Assembly (NCBI GenBank): GCA_951406725.2
Contig: OX597831.1
Span: 3,596,001 to 3,660,000, forward strand
DNA: 64,000 nt
Direction: 5' to 3'
Source of the DNA: Octopus vulgaris
Taxonomy: Eukaryota
Under the pieces are notes generated by a model. The model did no database searches and had not been told where the DNA came from. It was given only the letters and a program-made list of their open reading frames with translations. Of the stretch, positions 57,331-64,000 are shown in pieces. The position numbers were made by a program, and so were the translations under genes. How positions within the stretch are numbered: the first letter of the stretch is position 1; each line of letters starts with the position of its first letter.

Positions 57331-58418
57331 ATGCTTCTGCTACAGCAACGAATATGTCTAATTCCTGATGTTTTAGAGATGCATTTCTCTGCATATCTTT
57401 TTATTGTTTGCAAGACACCCCAGGGATTGCATTAGTTTTTTGCTCCCTGACACTCTGGTTATTTCTAGTTCCAGATATTTATATCAAGATACATTCCACA
57501 TCTCTCATTTCTTTTAGAAACGCTGTTTATTGGCATTGATACATCAAGACTTTGACACTAATATCTGAATAATTTTCATTAATCTTTTTATCTTTCTAAA
57601 CCAACATATCTATCCTCAGTGTATGGTCACTTTGTTATTTACTGAGATATTTTCTATTGAATCTTTGTTTATAGCAGCACTTTCATTTCAGTATTCCATA
57701 ATGCTGATATAGTTTCTAGTTTATTTCTAGTTTATTAAAAACCCTTTCCTCTGTTATTTCTTTTTATATATTCTGTTTTTAGCAAAGAACACATAAACAT
57801 CCGGGAACTATACAATTGATTATTTTTTTCATAGACACCACATGTTTTTGCTGTTCATATTTTTACACAGCATTCTATTATATATTTTTAGTTCTGTCTG
57901 ATGGGAAGTCTTATACTGCAATCAGAATCTTTCTGTCTCAATTTTGATTACTGTGCCATGTTAGGATTTTCTTTATCCATTTCTTTTCCAAGTTGTCAGG
58001 TATTTGTCATGTAAAAACTTCCTTTCTTTATTCTTTCTATTTTTTTTTTTCGTTTTTTGGTTGCCAATAATATTTTACAGTTTTATTTCCTAGTCAGTTT
58101 TTAGCATTTTTCAATCATTTCTGTTGTTATTTCTCCATCTTCCTCACAGCTGCTGTTTTTACCTGAACCTCTGATTTATATTTGTCAGTTTCCCTCGAGA
58201 CAGAAAACAGGTTTTTAAAAATTTTTTTTTTTTTTTCGCTCATGTTTTGTAACTAATCGTTTTAGTTTCCTTTTTATGTTTTACTAAATATTTTTACAGT
58301 CCTGCAGTAGAAATATCATAGAAGTTTTCCTCTTGCTATATTTGTCATTAATGCTATCATTATTTTCCTTGCTTTCCTGTCTAGTCTTACAAATTCATTT
58401 AACTTCCAATGGTGAGTA

Positions 58419-58791
58419 TCTCTCTCTATATAAACGGCAGTTTGTCTGTGTGTGTTTCTGTGTGTCTGTTAGCTTGTACCCTCACCCTGACCACGGCTTT
58501 CAACCGATTCTGATGAAACTTGACACACACATAGCCCAATGTCATAATTCAAAACTAACGCAGAGAAAATTTTGAAAAGTTCCCCAGTTCTGAAAAAAAT
58601 CGATAAATTCGACATGGGGTCGAGAATCAGAAACACAAACCACAGACTGTCTAGGGGACGCAACTCGACCGTTTTAACTCTCAAAAAAAATTTACCATAA
58701 TTTTTTTTCCATTTTTTTGGCTATAACTCTCTAAAAATGCTTTATAGTTATTTCCCTTACAAACCCGAGCAACGCCGGGCGATACTGCTAG
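58419..58791 (+). mobile_element. Non-autonomous Helitron
   Basis: A|TC start, 3' hairpin CCCGAGCAACGCCGGG, CTAG|T end; same 3' end as 46377. Confidence 0.8.
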
Positions 58792-58944
58792 TTATAACTA
58801 CAACTTAACAACAGGAATCACCAGAGCATTTATACCTCCTGCCATTTCCTTTTTTTATCATTTAGCTCTGTTTGAAGATGGTCAGTTGACAGAGTAGCCA
58901 AAGTGTAGGATAGAACGTACAGCAATATTTGTTCCCGGTGTAAA

Positions 58945-60130
58945 GTGGTGAGCTGACAGAATTGTTAGCACATCGGACAAAATGCATTCTGAGCTCAAAT
59001 TCTGTGAAGGTCGACTTTGCTTTCATCCTTTCAGGGTCAATAAAATAAGTACCAGTTGAACACTGGGGTTGATTTAATTGACTTAGCCCCTCCACAAAGC
59101 TGCTGGCCTTGTACCAAAATTTGAAATCATCATCATCATCATCATCGTTTAATGTCTGCTTTCCATGCTAGCATGGGTTGGACGATTTGACTGAGGACTG
59201 GCGAACCAGATGGCTGCACCAGGCCCAGTCGGATCTGGCAGTGTTTCTACAGCTGGATGCCCTTCCTAACGCCAACCACTCTGAGAGTGTAGTGGGTGCT
59301 TTTACGTGCCAGTAAGGTGGTACTGGCAATGGCCACGCTCAAAGGGTGTTTTTTACGTGCCACCTGCACCGGAGCCAGTCCAGTGGCACTGGCAACGACC
59401 AATATTTATTCCAGCTGTAAGGTGGCAAGATAGCAGAATCATGCCAGACAAGATGCTTAGCAGTATTTTGTCTGTCCATATGTTCTGAGTTCAAATTTTG
59501 CTGAGGTCAATTTTGCCTTTCCTCCTTTCGGGGTCAATAAAGTAAGTACCAGTTGAACACTAGAGTTGATATAATCAACTAATTTCTGCCTCTGAAATTG
59601 CTGGTGTTGTGCTGAAATTTGAAATCAAGATCTGTTCCAGCTCTTTGGATCCTGGGTTTACAAAGGCTTATTTTGCTTTTCCCTCTTTTGAGTTCAGTAC
59701 ACCACATTTTCCAGCATACAAGTGAACATGGTATACTCTTTACTCTCTCTCTTTTCTCTTTTACTTGTTTCAGTCATTTGACTGCGGCCATGCTGAAGCA
59801 CCACCTTTTAGTACTTATTCTATCGGTCTCTTTTTGCCGAACCGCTAAGTGACGGGGACCTAAATACACCAGCATCGGTTGTCAAGCAATGCTAGGGGGA
59901 CAAACACAGACACACAAACGTTTGAACACAAACACACGCATACATATATATATATACATATATACGACAGGCTTCTTTCAGTTTCCGTCTACCAAATCCA
60001 CTCACAAGGCATTGGTCGGCCCGGGGCTATAGCAGAAGACACTTGCCCAAGATGCCACGCAGTGGGACTGAACCCGCAACCGTGTGCTTGGTTAGCAAGC
60101 TACTTACCGCACAGCCACTCCTGCGCCTAT
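58945..60130. mobile_element. SINE B, RTE tail, SINE B and SINE A cluster
   Basis: Family motifs. Confidence 0.75.
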
Positions 60131-60401
60131 ACAGTGTAAACGTTCAAACATCCTTGCTATCTTTCCAAAATCCTTCTGCATTTCACATGAGATGTTTATT
60201 TCTCCAAAGCTGTCTTGATGTGTAAGCCAACCTACCTTCTTCGGCTGCAAATTTTGGTCAAAATTCAAACCTGTATTCCAGAAAATTCAGTTTTAAATAA
60301 CAGCCCAGTTATAATCCTCTTTCCCTCCAGTTGTCACAGTTAACATGTTCCCCTAAATCAAAAATGGAAGGACCGACAGGATGTCAGTGTCTGTTTGTGA
60401 C

Positions 60402-60499
60402 AACATTATCTCCAAAAACAATTAGTGAAAATATTTTACATACCACCAACTTATTCTCAACTGGGAGTGACAGCCACACATAGTTTAGCTTTGTTCTAT
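60402..60499 (+). repeat. 98-bp direct repeat, copy 1 (copy 2 at 63732-63829)
   Basis: AACATTATCTCC...GCTTTGTTCTAT with one mismatch between copies. Confidence 0.95.
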
Positions 60500-60709
60500 G
60501 TAATTAATATAATGTATCTATAATGTTTCTCCCTAATATTTTCTTTCATTTGTGTACATTGAACTTTGTCTTCTTCAGAAATTCTTTACTATTTGTAAGC
60601 TTCACTTTTGTATCTTGTCTCTCTCTTTGTTTAATATGACATGCATTTTGATGCCACTTTTCCTTAATGGCATATCCTCTCTCTCTCTCATATATATACA
60701 TATATATAT

Positions 60710-61370
60710 CATCATCATCATCATCATCGTTTAGCATCCGCTTTCCATGCTAGCATGGGTTGGACGGTTCAACTGGGGTCTGGGAAGCCAGAAGGCTGCA
60801 CCAGGCTCCTGTCTGATCTGGCAGTGTTTCTGCGGCTGGATGCCCTTCCTAACGCCAGCCACTCCGTGAGTGTAGTGGGTGCTTTTTACGTGCCACCAGC
60901 ACAGGTGCCAGGTGATGCTGGCAATGGCCACGAATGGATGGTGCTTTTTACGTGCCACCAGCACGAGGCCAGTCAGGGCGGCGCTGGCAATGGCCACGAT
61001 CGGATGGTTCTCTTACGTATCACTGGCACTGGTATCACAGCTGCAATTTCCATTGATGTTGATCGATTTCGATTCCGATTCTCACTTGCCTCAACAGGTC
61101 TTCACAAGTAGAGTTTTGTGTCCCCAGAAGGAAAGGTATGCATAAGTGGACTGGCACATCCCGGGTTATGGTCTCACTTGTCCTGCCGGGTCTTCTCACG
61201 CACAGCACACTTCCAAAGGTCTCGGTCTCTAGTCATTTCCTCAGTGAGACCTAAAGTTCGAAGGTCATGCTTCACCACCACGTCCCAGGTTTTCCTGGGT
61301 CTGCCTCTTCCACAGGTTCCCTCAACCGCTAGGGTATGGCACTTTTTCACACAACTATCTTCATCCATTC
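60710..61370 (-). mobile_element. 5'-truncated RTE LINE (ORF end plus 3' UTR)
   Basis: MDEDSCVKKC..VEGTCGRGRPRKTW..V..DL..LGL..RDRDLW is the canonical RTE C-terminus; (GAT)n tail. Confidence 0.88.
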
Positions 61371-61444
61371 TGCTTGACTAAAGGTGGTGCTCCAGCAGAA
61401 ATGATCTCGTTTGAGGTTACAACCATCTTTGGTCAACTGGTTCT

Positions 61445-61916
61445 TGTTCTAAATACTAACTTGATTGGCTGACAGGTGACACGAGTGGTCTCTACGTGTT
61501 TCGCGGCACTGGTTGACATGTGACACGAGGGTCCCTACGTAGTCCGCGCCACTGGTTGACACGTGACGCGAATTGTCTCGACTTATTTCGCGCCATAATT
61601 GCGAATCAGCCAATCAAGACCTTCGGTTAAAATTCCATTTTCTGGAGTTCGGTGAGCCAACCAAACAGTATATAAAGCAGGGTTCACAGACACTTATGTC
61701 TTGAGTTCCAGTTCTTCTAAGAACTAACTTAGGCCACCTGCTGCTCAACTTAGAGATATGCGATTGTCTCTGCTACTACCTGTTGCTACGCTAATCTATA
61801 CAAACATTGAAAGCCTCTCGAGTAGATTCCAGCATCTTGCCCTATGAACAGTAAACTAAATGCCATTCTTAATTCTATGTTCAGTACCTTTGGGTATGCT
61901 TCACGCCACCCGAACA
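61445..61916 (+). promoter_or_regulatory. LTR-like / Pol II promoter block
   Basis: TGTTC...GAACA ends; three ~44 bp enhancer-like repeats between inverted CCAAT boxes; E2F-like TTTCGCG(G/C) x2; CACGTG; TATATAAAG 61669-61677; AGTAAA 61850. Confidence 0.55.
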
Positions 61917-62021
61917 CACAGACACAAAACATGCTAACGCTTACGAACTCTTAAAATCCACATGATTATAAAATATGTAAAATAAATAATATTTATCTAC
62001 CAACAGAAGACTTGTGTCAAT

Positions 62022-62252
62022 TCACTTATGTCCTATTATCGTTTGTATGTATTTTATGGCTTTGAATAATTCGTTAAGAGTAGAACCGCGTGCGATCGTA
62101 TTTCCTATACGACCACATGTGATCCTTATCTCTTGCAAGTGTAAGCTGTTGGTCTGTGTTGCCTTTGATAATGTCAAGATGAATGCAGTGAAATGTCTGG
62201 AGACATAAAGAATTGGAGCAGCACTGTTTATCTTTTTTCGGAATGCCCCCAT
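62022..62252 (-). CDS. Orphan 76-aa intronless ORF
   Basis: Normal-complexity basic peptide, ACACAATGG start context, upstream TATAAT; no recognised homology. Confidence 0.35.
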   Translation of the reverse strand: MGAFRKKINSAAPILYVSRHFTAFILTLSKATQTNSLHLQEIRITCGRIGNTIARGSTLNELFKAIKYIQTIIGHK

Positions 62253-62871
62253 TGTGTAAAAAAAAAAAAACCAAGTGGGGGCGGTCTCTATTATAAAAAT
62301 AGTTACGTTATCCTATTCTTAATAATATATTTTACTGACTATATCTCGTAACCGTTCTTCATGGTGATTTTTCACACTAACATTATAAGAGGTATCTGTA
62401 ACATCTTGTATTAATGGTGGTCGCCTGCCTCGAAACTGGACTTGGTCGAGTATCTCTGTGTGGTCAGAGACTTAGCTCTTAAAAGAACTAAAAGCCTAAG
62501 ACGAGCTGTGTGGTCAGAGGTTTAGCTCTGAGAAGAACTAAAAACCTAAGATATTTCTTTATTACCCACAAAGGGGCCACGAAGAGGGGGACATTACAAG
62601 ACGGGACATGGGGTACATAAAGTAAAAATAAAATATGAAGTAAAGATGAATTATATGTAATGAGATGGAACGGCTTACGAACCCCCAACTCGCAGTTCCG
62701 TTTAAAATACACTTGTACATTTCACAATTACATATATTCCAGTTCAAAATACAATAATTTTACAATTTACATTTTAACATTACATATATTCCTGTTCAAA
62801 ATACAACTTTACATTTTACAATTTTACAATTAACAATTTTATTTTTTAACCTTACATATATTCTAATTCTT

Positions 62872-63377
62872 TTAAATTGGACGTTCGTCCGTCATATATT
62901 CTAATAGGTCCATTTGGTCTATTACATCTGGTAATTTATCATACCGTACATAATGCGTTATATGAATAGCATTGAATATCTTTTTTAATTTTGTGTATGT
63001 TTCTTTTTCTATAATTGCGCCTTTTACATCGTCACCATACAGTTTTGGGTTCACCTTCACCCTGACCAACCCTTTTTTAGAACTTTCGGTGGTGATTCCA
63101 CCCTTGATCTCTTCCTATCTTCTGTTCTTTCCTCCTCTGCACTTGCTCGTTCTTCTCCCGTATCCTCATTTAGCTGCTCCTCCATTCTTGCCTCCTCTGC
63201 TTTCGCTTCCTCCTGCACTTCTCCCTCCTCCACACACGCATCCTTACACTCCTCTATTCCAGCCTCATTTAATAAAATTTCATTGCACCGATCGTTTTTG
63301 CCTTCGCTAGTCAGTAAGTGAAGCGCTTGACTCTTTACCTTTTTATTCCCGGTGAATATTGATATTGTTTTACGGAT
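62872..63377 (-). CDS. Orphan protein: acidic N-part joined by a -1 shift to a ~65-aa globular C-part
   Basis: Frame 1 open from 63377 (ATG at 63185; EEAKAEEARMEEQLNE..RKRSRVESPPKVLKK); -1 frame LVRVKVNPKLYGDDVKG..MTDERPI*; shift at A AAA AAG 63078-63072. Confidence 0.45.
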
Positions 63378-63412
63378 TTATATTATTTTAATATCTATAA
63401 TTTTATATAAAC

Positions 63413-63703
63413 ATGAGAATTTCTCGGAAACGATTTATGCGTATCCGAGGTAAATTTGTACCACACATGTACGATATCGGATCATTTTTAGATCAAGCTT
63501 TATCCAATGGTTTATTGACTTTAGAACATAAAAATGAAATAAGGTCCAAAATAAATCCTGACGACCAAAGACGAGAGTTACATGATTATATATATAGGAA
63601 ACTTCCGAATGTTTCAGATAAATTGATATCAGCCTTGAAAAAGTCGAAACATTTAAAGATACTTGATCTTTTGATCAGACCACACGGTAAGGATCTTTTC
63701 TAA
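63413..63703 (+). CDS. Intronless CARD-only (death-fold) protein, 96 aa
   Basis: FMRIRGKFV..DIGSFLDQALSNGLLTLEHKNEIRSK..DDQRRELHDYIYRK..KLISALKKSKH..ILDLL fits the six-helix CARD pattern (R..LV..l.v..lLD.L...gvLt.e..e.I.......qaR.LlD.l..kg......f..aL.......L.dlL). Confidence 0.75.
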   Translation: MRISRKRFMRIRGKFVPHMYDIGSFLDQALSNGLLTLEHKNEIRSKINPDDQRRELHDYIYRKLPNVSDKLISALKKSKHLKILDLLIRPHGKDLF

Positions 63704-64000
63704 ACAATTTGAAACTTCGTATACTGGTAGAAACATTATCTCCAAAAACAATTAGGGAAAATATTTTACATACCACCAACTTATTCTCAACTGGGAGTGA
63801 CAGCCACACATAGTTTAGCTTTGTTCTATAATTAATTCGTATACTGTGTCAAAAGAAAACATTAATTTCAACTAAATTGTTTGAGAAAATTGTATTTTGT
63901 AACTTTTATGTAGTTTAATTCTTCGAAATTTAACCAATGAAATCCCAGCATTTAACTTAAATTCATTTGCTGAGTCTAAGTTAACAGCACACACATACAC

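Noticed and set aside
57350-58400. T-rich tract possibly from a LINE ORF2 on the minus strand
   Set aside because: No recognisable motif could be read; too decayed to call
62972-63310. 112-aa plus-strand Pro/Leu-rich ORF
   Set aside because: Antisense shadow of the Glu-rich minus-strand frame

Overview
AT-rich, microsatellite-saturated eukaryotic DNA whose repeat content (two abundant tRNA-derived SINE families, RTE LINE 3' ends, mariner, Helitron and Penelope-like fragments) is typical of an octopus (coleoid cephalopod) genome. The organism assignment is an inference from repeat recognition. Almost all ORFs in the supplied track are microsatellite artefacts. Real coding signal is limited to decayed transposon genes (RTE RT, Penelope RT, mariner, Tc1/maT), one GC-rich S/T/P/Q-rich probable terminal exon (~26.74-27.05 kb), and a microsatellite-free 2.3 kb cassette at 61.4-63.7 kb. 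That cassette holds an LTR/promoter-like enhancer block, two short orphan ORFs and an intronless CARD-only gene, lies between 98-bp direct repeats, and has a virus-like or mobile-cargo layout. The other major signal is a series of long fold-back palindromes. Several carry complete or decayed type I hammerhead ribozyme cores of the Penelope pLTR type, and there is one ~2.2 kb nested inverted duplication.
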